Positions 32,491 through 45,900 of a DNA stretch of 64,000 nt are shown in pieces; the stretch's first letter is position 1; each line of letters begins with the position of its first letter. The translations under genes were made by a program, and so were the position numbers. Below the pieces are notes generated by a model. That model searched no databases, was not told the origin of the DNA, and worked only from the letters and a program-made list of their open reading frames with translations. Source of the DNA: the human T2T-CHM13v2.0 reference genome, Homo sapiens. Location of the stretch: NCBI RefSeq assembly GCF_009914755.1, contig NC_060925.1. One strand, 5' to 3'.

Positions 32491-34369
32491 AAGGATATGT
32501 CGTTGGTGGAGGCGGGATAGTGGTGACACCTGTGTGCAGCCACTGAACGCCTCATGACTGTGGGATACTGAGCTGTGGCAGGAGACTCCAGGAGGGGAAG
32601 GTGGGCTCTCGCCTCAGCATGGCTTGCCAGCAGGCTGTGCCCAGTCCCAGCTACAGCAACTCCATAGGGACTGAGGGTAGGGCCGGGCAGGTGGGACCTG
32701 GGGTGGTGGTGGGGGATGCTGCACTGAGTCCTGCCGCAGCCCCAGAGCCAGGCCCTTTCTGTGCTCCCTTTCCTTCCAGTGAAACAAAGTGGAGAGCTGG
32801 AAAGCTGTAAGTTTCGGGGCCCAGACCTGGACCCAGACCTATCTGCCTTCAGCCTCAGCTTTGAGCAGGCAGGGGCTGGGATGAGCGTGCTGGGGTGCAT
32901 TTAGGCTGGAGGTTGGCTGCAGACACTTGGGAGGTGCATAGCTGGTGGGACGCCAGGTGGGTGTCAGGACTCCTGGAGGCCTTGAGTGTCGGACAAAGGA
33001 GTTTCTGGGCAAAGTACTCTCTGGGTCTTAAAGGAAACCTCCTTTGTGCTACCAAATGGAGTGCTTTTTCTTTTTGGTCAGCACCTAGTGTATTTGTCAG
33101 TACCATATTCTAACTGGAGTTATGTGACTCCCTGGTGCCGTGGTCCAGAAGGCATCATTGTTACCTGTACTGACTCTTCCTAAACATCAGGCATTGCAGC
33201 AACAGGCGATTCCTCTGCTGCTCCTGTTTCCTTGTTTTCAACTTGGAAAGTAGCCCTTTGGAAAATGACAATTTTGCTCTCCATTCTATACGTGGGGAAA
33301 CTGAGGCTGAGAGGCTTAGGAGCGCGGCCAGCTGTCAGCCAGCGGAGGCGACCTGGGAGGCCCTCCCTGTCTGGGAGGCTTCTCACCATTGCTGCCAAGT
33401 GGACAACTGCTTAATGTATTTTCCCCAAAGCTGAATAAATGGGCCTTTACAGAAATTTAGTAGGTGAATAAACCACAGATGAAAAATCAAACACTTAGAA
33501 AAACCATTTAACGTTTTTATTTACACCATAGTGAAAATACCAGCTTGGTTTGGGATCGGGGAGCTGTTACATAATTTATGGCCACAAAGCCAATTCCTAA
33601 CATAACATACTCTCAAGTTTTGCAGGTCCCCGAGGCGCCCAATTTATATTCCGTTCTAACTTGGAGAGGATGAATGGCAGGCGGTGGCGGGGAGGGAAGG
33701 GTGCCTTCCTGGGAGCCGGGGAAGGGACGGCAGCCTGGAGGAACGGGAAGGCAGCTTCGGCATGTATGTAGGGCAGGAGAGTGGCTTATAACGGAAGGAT
33801 TGTAATTTATTTTGACACTGATCATCTATTATTCAGCTAGAGTAAAAATAAACCTTATTAGCCAGGAAAATAGATCCCTTTCGTTACGCCCACGCAACGC
33901 CAACTGCAACATCACAATGATGATCAGGACAATAGCGGAGTTTGCTCAAACATCTTATCAGGCACTTGAAGAATCAAATCCCTCGTTGGGAAGAGATTTG
34001 CAAACACGCAAGTGCATCTACATAATATGCTTAATCTCTCCCTGAGCCCTCTGAGCTCCCAGAGAGGGAACCTGCGTCCAGGAGGCAGCCCCGCCTTTTC
34101 CTCCCAGGTGGGGCCTCGCTGTTGGGGACGCTTCATCTCCGCACTGACGCCTCTGTTCCACACCAGGCCTGTGCCAAACCCTTTCACACATAACCCCCCT
34201 TATCTTCCTCATGACTCCCCAAAACAAGTATTGTTGGCCTTAATTTTGCAGATGGTGGAAGCAGATGCACTGAGGCTGGGGATGTGGCCGCAGAAACGCT
34301 AGCTATGGGCACAACAGGAAGCCCTCCAGCCCCAAGCCCAGCAAGGTGGGGACCTTGCTGACCCCTTCC

Positions 34370-34930
34370 TACAGTGGGTTGAGAGTGTTCTCCCAAATCC
34401 ATGTCCACCGGGAACATCAGAACAGGACCTTTCTTGCAAATAGGGTCTTTGCAGATGTCATTAGTTAAGACGAGGTCATATCAGACTAGGATGGGCCTTA
34501 AATCCAACGACGGATATCTTTTTTTCTTTTAATTTTTAAAAATAGGTAGGATCTTACTATGTTGTCCGGGCTGGCCTCCTGGGCTCAAGCACCCACCTCA
34601 GCCTCCTGAGTTGCTGGGATCGCAGGCACATGCCACCAGGCCTGGCTATGGGGTCATTATAAGAAGAGAAAACAGACACAGGTACCCAGAGGAGGCCACA
34701 CAAGGGTGGAGGCAGAGACCAGGTGATGGATCTATCAGTCACAGAACACCAGGGATGGCTGGGGCCCCAGAAGTTGGGGAGAGATAGGTTTTCCCTCAGA
34801 GCATCCAGAAGGAACCAGCCCTGCCCAGCTTCAGTTCAAATTTGTGGCCACTTGAGCTGTGAGATAGTAAATGTCCACTGTTGCAAGCCTGGTGGCTTTG
34901 TGGTCTTTCGTTAGGGCAGCCCCGGCCATG
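34370..34930 (+). mobile_element. MaLR LTR (MLT1B/C-like) with reverse FLAM insertion (~34519-34646)
   Basis: tagggtctttgcagatgtcattagttaagacgaggtcata..gaaggaaccagccctgcc. Confidence 0.8.
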
Positions 34931-35281
34931 TAGACGTTCTCTGCTCCACCAGCCAAGGACGAGGCCTCCCAGGCTGCCTTTGTTCCTGGCTTCTCTCTCC
35001 TGAAAAGACAAGAAGGGATGAGGGGGAGGACCAGGTATGGTGCCACCAAGCAGAAAGTGGTTCTCCTGGGGGCTTTTTGAGTAGGGCTGCATGGCCCTGG
35101 CTTTGAGTGTCCAGTCCTGGTGAGGCCAGCACCTTGCTGTGGGCACCTGGGCCAGTCATGTGCCTGATTCTCAAGGGGCTCTCAGGTCGGCTTTGACCTC
35201 TTGAAGGTACAGGCATGGCTCAGTTTGCAGCCATAGCAGCGAGTGAGACAGGACAGTCATGTCCTGAACTCTGGGTAGCTG

Positions 35282-35666
35282 CTGCAGAGGCCAGACTCTT
35301 CAGGGTCCTTCCGATCCTCGGACCTCATGTGTGTGTCTGCGGGAGCCTACAGGGCCACTGTGAGGTCACTGTCACACCGTGGGGTGATTGGGGTAAGTCA
35401 GTGATTCCTTTCCCCATGAGGCTGGCTCGGAGGAGGCCAATGGACCCCCGGTCTCCACTGGCTGTCAACCTCTGCAGAGGCCGGACTACTCGGGGTCCTT
35501 CTGACCCTCGGACTTCATGTGTGTGTCTTCAGGAGCCTGCAGGACCGCTGTGGGGCCACTGCCACCCTGTGGGGTGGTCCGGGTAAGTTGGGCGGTCCCT
35601 GTACCCCTGAGGCTGGCTCAGAGGAGGCTGATGGACTCCCAACCTCCGCTGGCTCTCACCCTCTGC
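35282..35666. repeat. Old tandem duplication, 190-bp period, 2 copies
   Basis: ctgcagaggcc(a/g)gact..ggtcctt..ctcggac.tcatgtgtgtgtct..gggtaagt..gaggctggctc at 35282 and 35472. Confidence 0.9.
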
Positions 35667-36444
35667 TCCTTCCAGGGAGCCGAGGAGCATGGACACCGTC
35701 TTCTCCTTCCAGCAGGCACAGGTATGGAAGGAGACTGAGGCTGGTCTTGGATGGTGAGTGTGGAGCTCACAAAGCTCAGGGGGATGCTCAGGGACAGGGC
35801 AGGAACCCAGAATTGTCATTTTCTCCTGCCCAGCTACTGGGGGAAGCAGGCTGTGGAGGGCCAGATACATCCTTGAGAGGCCCCATGTGGAAAAGAGGAT
35901 GGTGGGCAATTCAAAACAAAACTATCTTTTTAAAAACGATGTAAGACTTAGAGACACCAGACAATAAAAACAGGTTCTTTCTAGAACTTTCTGACTACCA
36001 AGTTGTTCAGGCGCGCCTTCTTGGATTGTGCTGAAGTTTGTGCCTGGCCCGTCTCTCTGGTCACCTGGCACCAGCTTGCCACTAGGAAGTGACTCGAAGA
36101 CCTTGTAACTCCTGCTTCCACCCGAGGGAGCTGGGGTCCCTGCCTGCATCTCCCCCTCATCCTCTAACTCAGTTTTATAAAGAGACACAGAGTTATCATC
36201 CATTCCCCATCCTTGCATGCCAAAGCTTTCTCCTCCAAAGTAGGACTTCTGGGGAGAGACAATAGCGGCCATGGAGGTGGATGAAGTGGTCAGAGTCAAG
36301 GTCTGCGGTGGAGCTGGAACTGGGGTCTTAATGTCAAGGATGCCTCCTTAGGGACAGCTGGTGATCGAGCTGGCATTTGGGAGCAGGCATCTCTCTGTGC
36401 CTGCTCTCAGTGGCCCTGGGCGACTGCCTCCTTGGCAGGCCAGC

Positions 36445-36873
36445 ATCTGCATTTCCCGCTGCTGTAACAAATGACTGCAAACTGCGTGCCCTAAAAGAAT
36501 AGAAATTCATTCTCCCTCTGTTCTAGGGGCCAGGAGTCTGAAATCAAGGTGTCTGCAGGGCCGTACTCCCTCTGAGGCTTGTGGGGTGGAGGCATCCTTG
36601 TCTTTCAGCTCTTGGTGGCTCTGGGCTTTCTTGCTTTATGGTTGCGTAGCCCCAATCCCTGCCTCCACCTCTGTCCTCTTCTCTTTTGTCTCCTAAGGAC
36701 ACTTGTTATTGCAGTCAGAGTCCATCTGGATAATCCTGGATAAATCTCATCTGGAGATCCTTCACCAGATCACATCGGCAATGACCTGTTCCCCAAATAA
36801 GGCCCTGTGCACAGGTTCTGGGGGTAAGCATGTGGATATATCTTTTCTTGGGATTGCCATTCAGCCCACTACA
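36445..36873 (-). mobile_element. MaLR LTR (MLT1C/D-like)
   Basis: gctgctgtaacaaatgactgcaaact..gtctgaaatcaaggtgtctgcagggc..attcagcccactaca. Confidence 0.85.
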
Positions 36874-36959
36874 GTCTTGAAGTCACGTGGGGTCCAGGTC
36901 CTGATGGAACCCCCTAGGGCCCTTGACTGTCATGCACGTTCCTGGGCCCCACCCTAGAT

Positions 36960-37240
36960 TTGGGACACAGCGATGGTGTAGGATGGAGTGATGGCACGGC
37001 ATGGAGCCATGGTGTGGGACAAAGCAATGGAGCGGGACTGAGCGATGGTTTGGGATGGAGCAATGGTGTGGGAGGGAGCGATGTTGTGGCATGGAGCGAT
37101 GTTGCTGCAGGTAGTGATGGTGCGGGATGGAGTGATGATGTGGGATGGAGTGATGGTGCGGGATGGAGTGATTCTATCGATGGAGTGATGGTGTGGGGTG
37201 GAGTTGTGATCCTATGGAAAGATGCTATGGGATGGAGTGC
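36960..37240. repeat. Minisatellite, 18-bp unit, ~15 degenerate copies
   Basis: GGGATGGAGTGATGGTGY; GWSDGx periodicity in ORF 36960-37406. Confidence 0.9.
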
Positions 37241-37677
37241 ATGTATGGCCAGCACTCACATCTGTGTGCCCCAGCCTTCAATGGGCTTTAAGAGTGTCAC
37301 TTCCTTAGTTCTTATCACGGCCCCGAGGGGGAGGCTCTGCTATGTTTACAGCCCCAATTCACAGATGAGGCACCCAGCAGGCAATTGGAAGTGCCAAGGC
37401 CACTGAGTCATAGCAGAACTGGGACTGCATTGGCTCTGGAGTCAATGCAGGATTGAAAAGGAAGCCGGGCATGAGTTGAGTCACTTTGTCGTGACCACCA
37501 GGGAGAGGGATGCTTTGAGGCTGGTTGGGGGCTTTGTGTGTAAAAACACAATGGCCTATTATCTGTTTAATTTTTTTTTTATTTAAAAAATTAGAGAGGG
37601 TCTCGCTGTGTCACCCAGGCTGGCCTCAAACTCCTAAATCTGTGGTGTCCTCCAGCCTCAGCCTGTTGAGGATGCAG

Positions 37678-37975
37678 TTTTTATTTATTTATTTTATTTT
37701 TGTGAGACAGGGTCTCGCTCTGTCTCCCAGGCCGCAGTGCAGTGGTGTGATCACGGCTCACTGCAGCCTCGACTCCCTGGTCTCAAGCAATCCTCCTACT
37801 TCAACCTCTCTAGTAGCTGGGACTACAGGCATTTGCTACCGCATGGTTAATTTTTTATTTTTTGTAGAGTTGGGGTCTTGCTATGCTGCCCAGGCTGATG
37901 TCACACTCCTGGGCTTAAGCAATCCTCTTGTCTCCACCCCCCACAGTGCTAGGAGTGAGCCACCATGCCTGGCCC
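37678..37975 (-). mobile_element. AluJ-type element (preceded by a partial monomer at ~37570-37665)
   Basis: cacggctcactgcagcctcgactccctgg..caagcaatcctc J-type diagnostics. Confidence 0.9.
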
Positions 37976-38439
37976 AGTTTTTAATGCTTGGACATCTCCA
38001 AAATCAGGACATATCTTGTAATTGAAGACGTCTCACCATAGCGGCCAGCCGTGCAACCACTGGGCCTGTCTGTGCCTGAACAACACACTGGCCTGCCTTT
38101 GCCTGAACAAGACAGCCTTAGTCTCAAAGCTTGCAGATGGGTGTGGCCTGGTAGAAAATTCTCAAGACAACGGCGGAGCACGCTTGCCCCTAGGAGACCA
38201 AGTGGCCGGAATGTTGAGAATCAGCCTTTCGCAGAAATCCCCTAAGCGGGAGGCAGCAGGCTGACTCCATCAGCTCCAGGCAGGCTTCTGGGCCCTGCAG
38301 CTATGGCTCTTCATCCTTTTACATGTTCTTCGAGAATCAGCTGCACCCTGGATGCTTCTGACAGCTCAGAGGACATCAGCATGAGGACAAGCACAGGGCT
38401 TGATGGCTCGGAGGGAAATGGAGTTGGAAGATTTGGACT

Positions 38440-38700
38440 TAATGTGCACACATTTTAGAAATATCTTAACAAATTTTATTTTGCTGATATCTTTCTTTTT
38501 TGTGTGTGCCAAAGTGATGGCCAGTACAAATCCATGTCTAATTAAGTCCAGAAGAGCTCCTTCAATAAGCGTAAGATGAAAGTTATGAGTGATAAGAAAG
38601 CGTCATGTCAGTTTAATTGGCAGCATTTTCTCTTTCTTAGTGGTTCATAAAATAAGGCAGTGCTTTGCTATCGACGGTGTCTGAAATTCTGTGAATATTC
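38440..38700. mobile_element. TcMar-Tc2 type DNA transposon fragment (Kanga/MER104-like)
   Basis: gtttaattggcagcatttt..ttcttagtggttcataaaataag..atcgacggtgtct terminal-region motif. Confidence 0.5.
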
Positions 38701-38967
38701 AAAGTTAAATCTCATGCTGAACAGCCACTGTGCGCAAGGCGGGTGACGTGTGTGCTGTGTGTGTTCGTTCATCTGATGCTCATGACACTTTGTCAGCTGT
38801 GAGGGAGGAGAGGGAACTGGGGAGCCCCGGGGATGGGAGTGCAGTGTGCAGTTTAGAAAGTGGGGGGTGGTCAGGGGTGGCCCCTGGGAGAGGTTTGAGC
38901 CAAGACAGCAGGTGGCAAGGGGGTCATGCCTGAGCCTGGGAGGGGGGTCCCAGGTCCCAGCAGTTCT

Positions 38968-39285
38968 GTTTATTTTTTATTTTATTTTATTTTATTTTTT
39001 AAATTTTTGAGACAGAGACTCACTCTGTCACTCAGGCTGGAGTGCAGTGGCACCATCGGCTCACTGTAGCCTCAGCCTCCCGGGTTCAAGTGATTCTCCT
39101 GCCTAAGCCTCCTAGTAGCTGGCATCACAGGCATACACCGTCATACCTGGCTGATTTTTGTATTTTTAGTAGAGACAGGGTTTCGCCATGTTGGCCAGGC
39201 TGGTCTCGAACTCCTGAATTCAGGTGATCTGCCTGCCTCGGCCTCCCGAAGTGCTGGGATCATAGATGTGAGCCACTGCGTCCGA
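38968..39285 (-). mobile_element. Alu
   Basis: Reverse Alu; TSD-like CCCAG(CA/TG)GTTCT. Confidence 0.9.
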
Positions 39286-39426
39286 CCCCCAGTGGTTCTT
39301 GGGAGGCACTTGGGCGCAGGGCCCTGAGCTCCTGGGGCACAGCAGTGGCTGTGACCGCCATGAATCAACCAAGCGCTCTTGAGTCTGCGTTGCCCTGTGG
39401 CCCTGGCTGAAGCCAGAGCCGCCCAG

Positions 39427-39720
39427 AAGGACGTGCCACAGAGAGGGGAGGGGCCACACTGCCGACGGGGCGGGCATGGAGTTGCAGGATACGCCACAGA
39501 GAGGGGAGGGGGCCACACTGCCGACGGGGCAGGCCTGGAGTTGCAGGACGTGTCACAGAGAGAGGAAGGGGCCACACTGCCGACGGGGCGGGCCTGGAGT
39601 TGCAGGACATGTCACAGAGGGAGGAAGGGGCCGGACTGCCGACAGGGTGGGCATGGAGTTGCAGGACGTGTCACAGAAAGAGGAAGGGGCCACACTGCCG
39701 ACGGGGAGGGCATGGAGTTG
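39427..39720. repeat. Minisatellite, 58-59-bp unit, 5 copies, CpG-containing
   Basis: CAGGACGTGTCACAGAGAGAGGAAGGGGCCACACTGCCGACGGGGCGGGCATGGAGTTG. Confidence 0.95.
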
Positions 39721-39889
39721 TCCACAGGCAGGGGCTTTAATCTTCAGGCCTGAAGATGTTTGCGGTTTTGAGATGAAAGGGAAGGAAGGGCACGGATCAC
39801 GTTTTCTTTGTGGTCCCTTCTTTCACCCATGGCCCTCCGGTCTCCTCTGGGGAGCAGCGTGTGCGGGCTCTGCCTCTGTTGGCTGCAGC

Positions 39890-40143
39890 TGCTCTGAGTC
39901 CAGGGGGCCGCGGCCAGGTTCTGGTGAGGACCCTTCCCGGTGCAGCCTTCTTGCTGCGTTCTCACTTGGTGGAGAGAGGGAGAGGCCGCTCTCTGGGGGC
40001 CCTCTTTATAAGGGCCCTAATCCCATTCGTGAGGCTCCACCCTCATGACCTATGACTTCCCAAAGTCCCCACCTCCTATTACCATCGTTTTAGAGGTTAG
40101 GATTTCAACATATGAATTTGGGGGGCCACAAACAGTCCAAAAC
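39890..40143 (-). mobile_element. MaLR LTR fragment (MLT1A-like)
   Basis: tttataagggccctaatcccattcgtgaggctccaccctcatgacct..gttaggatttcaacatatgaattt. Confidence 0.8.
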
Positions 40144-42427
40144 AGCTTCTACCCTGCTCTGTCTGACACCCGGGGGGCAGGGGGCACCAGCCCACAGTGC
40201 CCTCCCCGCCGGCCACAGCCTTCCCTGTCAAACGCACAGGTCTCCCTAATTGGGTCCCAGCCTCTCTCTTCCCATGTCTTGGCGTGCTGGGGTAGGTTGA
40301 GGGCTGTCCTCGGGGCTGGCTCTGTGGGGCAGGGGCCTGAAACAGCCAGAGCCCCACTTAGATGTTTCCTGTGTGGAGGGGCCGGACCCTCTGCAGGCTG
40401 CTCTGGGGGTGAAGTGACCAAGGCCACCTCCAGGACCATTGAGTGCCGGGCACTGGCTCGGGTGCTCTGGGGCCCCTGATTCCAATCCTTTTCCCTTGGT
40501 CACTAACTGCTTTCCAAGAGCAGGTGGCAGAGGGGTAGGAGACTCACACCCTTGGGCCACGTGGTTCTCTGGCTCTGCTGGGGCTTGAACACATCGGGGG
40601 TAAGGGCTCAGTCGCTTACAGCTCAGGGTTTGTTGTGCATTTTCACGTCTTGCCCTCCCCAAGGACAGTCACATAGGGACCACTAAGCAAGCGCTGGGCA
40701 CAGAGGAGGGCTGGACACACAGGAGATGCCCCGTGGCCTTCAGTGACGAGAGGCCGTGTGAAGGGCCGTTCACTGGGGCAGCTTCTTCATTGGTGTAGTT
40801 GGTGGATTCCGTGGGTCCTGGAGGTACCTGGGGGATTTGACCAAATCAGCACAAGCCCCAGCTGCCGCAGGCAGCAGTGACTGCATACTCCACATGCCCT
40901 CGTGGCTGGCTTGAAGACCTCCAGCTGCTGGCTGGGGAGGCAGCGCCTTCCGAAGGTCACGTGTGCAGGAGCGACAGGGCATTGCTGTGTGGCTCAGGGC
41001 GGCAGTGAACAGAGAAAGCTTTCGATATCCATGAGCTGAGTGTGGAGGAAAGAGACACAGGACGGGGGTGGGAATGCAGGGGGTTCATCGCGACTGTCAC
41101 TGGTGGAACACCTCCCCTGGGACTCCACTGGTCTCAGTCCTAGTCTCCATGGCCTGGATAACAAAATGTTACTATGTGGAGTGTCAAATAGATAAAATCC
41201 ATCTGTTCCCTGATACTGTCCCCCAACCTGGGCCCTAAAGTTTTTTAGGATGGTGCGCAAAGCTCAACCTTTGAGTGCGGATTCCGGAAGGGCTGGCACA
41301 GAGGCTGCTTCACCTGGAGCGTGGGCAAAGCATCGTTTCAGAAGTGTCTACAGGTTTTTATGTAACACTTCCGTGTTACATGACTCTCTGGTCATGTGGT
41401 ACAGTGCCTCCACCAGGGCCGCCAGTGGGCACTCTGATGGGTACAGTGCCTCCGCCAGGGCCGCTGCTTTCAGTGTCATCTATGTGGATGGTGCCCCCAA
41501 AGTTGTGCAGTGCTCCACCTGGGCAACTACCCATGGCACGCCTGAAGATTAGAGTGAGGAGTGGAAGGGAGTGGGATTCAGGATGAAATAATGAAGACTA
41601 CTCCCTGTATTTTCTTGACAGTGGCACACCCATGATCTAACCTGCCTTATCCTCAAGAAAATTCAACTACTTCTGGGTCAGCACCTGAGTGTTCCCTGAG
41701 GGCCAAAGTTAGAAAATCCAACCATGCTCAGGCCAGCTGAGACGGGAAACTCCCATGCCCACCTCACAGCACTGTACCCATCACAGCCTCATCTCACTCA
41801 GCCTGGCTGCCCCCCACCACCTGTCCAAACAGCCTCCCTGCCACCACCCCAGACCCCGGGTCATACTGCCACAGCCTCCCTCTCCCTTCCAACATGAACA
41901 CCCTGAGAAGCACGGGCTGGCACCTCCAGGGCAGCTACATTGCAAAAGCGCTTGACCACAAAAGCCCACGTTCACCGAAGTGTTACATGACCCGCTCAGC
42001 AGAAAGCTGGTCCTCACCCATGTCATGTATGCAGCCCCCAGGACATGCGTCTGGGGGATGTCGGGGCCTCCTTGTGCAGTAGGTAGTTCCAGGTTGTGCT
42101 GCGTGAGGAAGGGGTGCCCCTGGGGGCAGGGTGAGGAAAGGTGACACCTGAGAGGCAACTGCTCTGTGGCCTCGAGCTCGCTGCTGGATGTGGGGAGTCG
42201 GCCATGGGGACCAGTGCCTCTGGACTCCAGGCCAGGCCATGGGCACTGGGGCACAGCTTCCTTTTCCATGACAAGGACCAGTTCCCTTGGAGCATGGCTA
42301 GCCCTGGCCTCTCTGACCGTGCCACTGCTCATCCGATCCAGCAGGGTCACTCTGTGTGATCGCTGTGGTAGGAGCAAGGGGACTCAGCTGAAACCAAAAA
42401 TTCCTCCTAGGCTGAGACGTTTGGTTA

Positions 42428-42907
42428 CTGTGGTGGGCAGAGTAATGGCCCCCTAAGTTGTCTGCGTCCCAATTCCCAGAGCCAGTGGATATGTCACCTG
42501 GCAGGGCAGAGGGGGACTAAGGTCGTAGATGGAGTTTAGGTTGCTCATGAACTGACCTGAAAATAAGGAGGTGGCCCTGGATTATCTGGGTGGCCCAGAG
42601 TCATCACAAAAGTCCTCACATGGGGAAGAGGAGGCAGGAGAGGAGGTGAGAGAAATGCTGTGCTGGCCTGACTGCGGATGGAGGAAGGGCCGAGCCGGGG
42701 GATGAGAGCGGCTGCTGGAAGCTGCAAACGGCGAGGAACAGATCCCCCCAGAGCCCGCAGAGGGAGCGCAGCCCTGCAGACCCTTGCTTATAGGCGAGGG
42801 GGCCCTGTTTCAGACTTCTGACCTCCAGAGCTACGAGGCAATACTTTCATGTTGTTTTAAGATGCTAAATTTCCAGTGATTTGTTGCAGCAGCAGTAGGA
42901 AACTACA
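42428..42907 (+). mobile_element. MaLR LTR (MLT1D-like)
   Basis: tgtggtgggcagagtaatggcccc..gacttctgacctccagagct..gcagcagtaggaaactaca. Confidence 0.9.
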
Positions 42908-42930
42908 TTAGAGCGTTCCTTTGCGTCTCA

Positions 42931-43230
42931 GCCGGGCATGGTGGCTCAAGCCTGTAATCCCAGCACTTTGGGAGCCTGAGGTGGGTGGATCACTTGAGGC
43001 CAGGAGTTTGAGAACAGCCTGACCAATATGGTGAAACCACGTCTCTATCAAAAGTACAAAAATTAGCTGGGCGTGGTGGCATGTATCGGTAGTCCTAGCT
43101 ACTTGGGAGGCTGAGGCAGGAGAATTGCTTGAACCTGGGAGCCTGGGAGGCAGAGGTTGTAGTGAGCCGAGATTATGCCACTGCACTCCAACCTGGGTGA
43201 CAGAGCAAGACTCTGTCTAAAAAAAAAAAA
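42931..43230 (+). mobile_element. Alu (AluS-type)
   Basis: Full Alu with a small internal duplication cctgggagcctgggag. Confidence 0.95.
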
Positions 43231-43263
43231 GAGTTCCTTTTGTCTTTTGAAGTTGCCACATTA

Positions 43264-43710
<447 letters not shown>

Positions 43711-45403
43711 TTAAGAAGTTTATAATTACAAACATCTGCTATTCTATTTATCCTTCCATCAGCAGGTAATAGCAACGCTATTGATAGCAGGCCAGGCCAG
43801 GAGGCTGGAACCAGGCTGCGGAATTGCGTTGTACCTGGGCTGAGCCTGGGTGTGGGTCGTTCCCCTTGCTGGGCCTCAGTTTCCTCATCTGTGCAAGGCT
43901 GGGAGTGAGGCTGGTCCATCCCTGCTTCAGCCTCTCAGGAGACTTGTCGTCTGAAGTCACTGGGACTCCACGCTCTGTCTGAGTGTCTTGGGGGACACGG
44001 AATCACTGCAGGCTCCTGAGGGCGGGCAGCAGGGGCTCCAAGCCCAGCCCTCGGATGGGCAGCCAAGCACCTTCTGCACTGGCCGCACACGGACTTCGCT
44101 GTTTAACCTCGTGCTCCTCTCAGATGAAATCCTTGCTCCAATGGGGCCTGCCTGCTCCGTGTGCCTGGAATGTTCCACGTCCCTCCCTGCCCCCTCTGCC
44201 TTAGGTCTTATCTGCCCCGTGCCTGCCCCGTCTTAGTGCCAGCTCAATTCCCTCATCTTCCACAGTGCCAGCCACTGAGTTCTGCTTTCCTGAACCTCAC
44301 GCTCTCTGGCTGCCCCATATCCAGCTGCTAATCACGATAGGGATGTAGCAAGGCAGTACACGATGTTCCGGAATCTTCCCCTTCTCACCTTCAAAAGGAA
44401 AAGGGAGGTGAGGAGGTCTTCTCAGAAGGAGGAGGAGGCTTCCCAGCAAAGCCTGAAGAACAAGGGTGTGTTGAGGCCGAAGACGGGGTGCAGGCAGGAT
44501 GGGCTGCTCCTATGCCTTGAATGTCTGGGGCTAAGGGGCCAGTGTCTGGGGCTCATGCTCTGCCCTGAAGCCACCAGAGGCAGAGCCCAGGCCACATGAC
44601 CTTGCGTCTTGGGAGCCTGTGTACTGCGAGTCCCTCAGGGAAATAGGAAGGGCACCGGGTTTCCTGTCTCAGGCCAGGGGCACTGCACAGGCTGGGAGCG
44701 GTGGGCTCACGGCAGGCACTGGGCGCTAGCTCACTTGTTCACCTTGGAGCATTCACGGTGGGCTCTTCCACTGAACACACAGCAGCCTGCGGGAACTGGA
44801 GCAGCAGCCTCCTTCCTTTCCAGGGGACAGAAACCCAGGCACAGAGGGGCTAAATCAGCCACTCCAAGTCACACAGCTAACAAGTGCCAGAGTGGAGACT
44901 AAAACCTCAGTTGCTGCCAATGCCGGTGTCCTTAGTTTCTGCTGGGCATCTTTCTCTGTTTTGGACACAAGGGGCTCTGTGCGTCGCGGAAGGTTGGTCG
45001 GGAGCAACACAAGTTCCTCCCTGTGTGTGTGCAGGGCAGACAGACACATCCCCTGCCAGCCAGGACCCCGGGGAACAGGTCCTAGAAGAGCTGCCACATA
45101 CCACAATGGAGGAGAGAGGGGAGCACGCTTCCCTCTGCAATGTATTTGCAGAATTAAACATTTGAATAGGTGTGGATAATTCACATTACAGAGAGACCTG
45201 CTGCACACGAACAGGTAGGGTGACTGCTGAGTGGCAGTCCTTTTCGATAGGGTTTGGGTTACAGCAACAGGAGGAGACCATTTCAGAGGAAGAGCAAGAG
45301 GAGTCCAGGCTGGGCATGAGGGAGGGGGATGTAGAAGGCAGGGCAAAGGCCTCACCTGCCCAGCTCAGCTGGGGCTGTCTGCATCCCCTGGAGGTCTTGG
45401 TAA

Positions 45404-45900
<497 letters not shown>

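Noticed and set aside
36960-37406. GWSDG-repeat ORF
   Set aside because: Translation of an 18-bp VNTR that runs into a MIR
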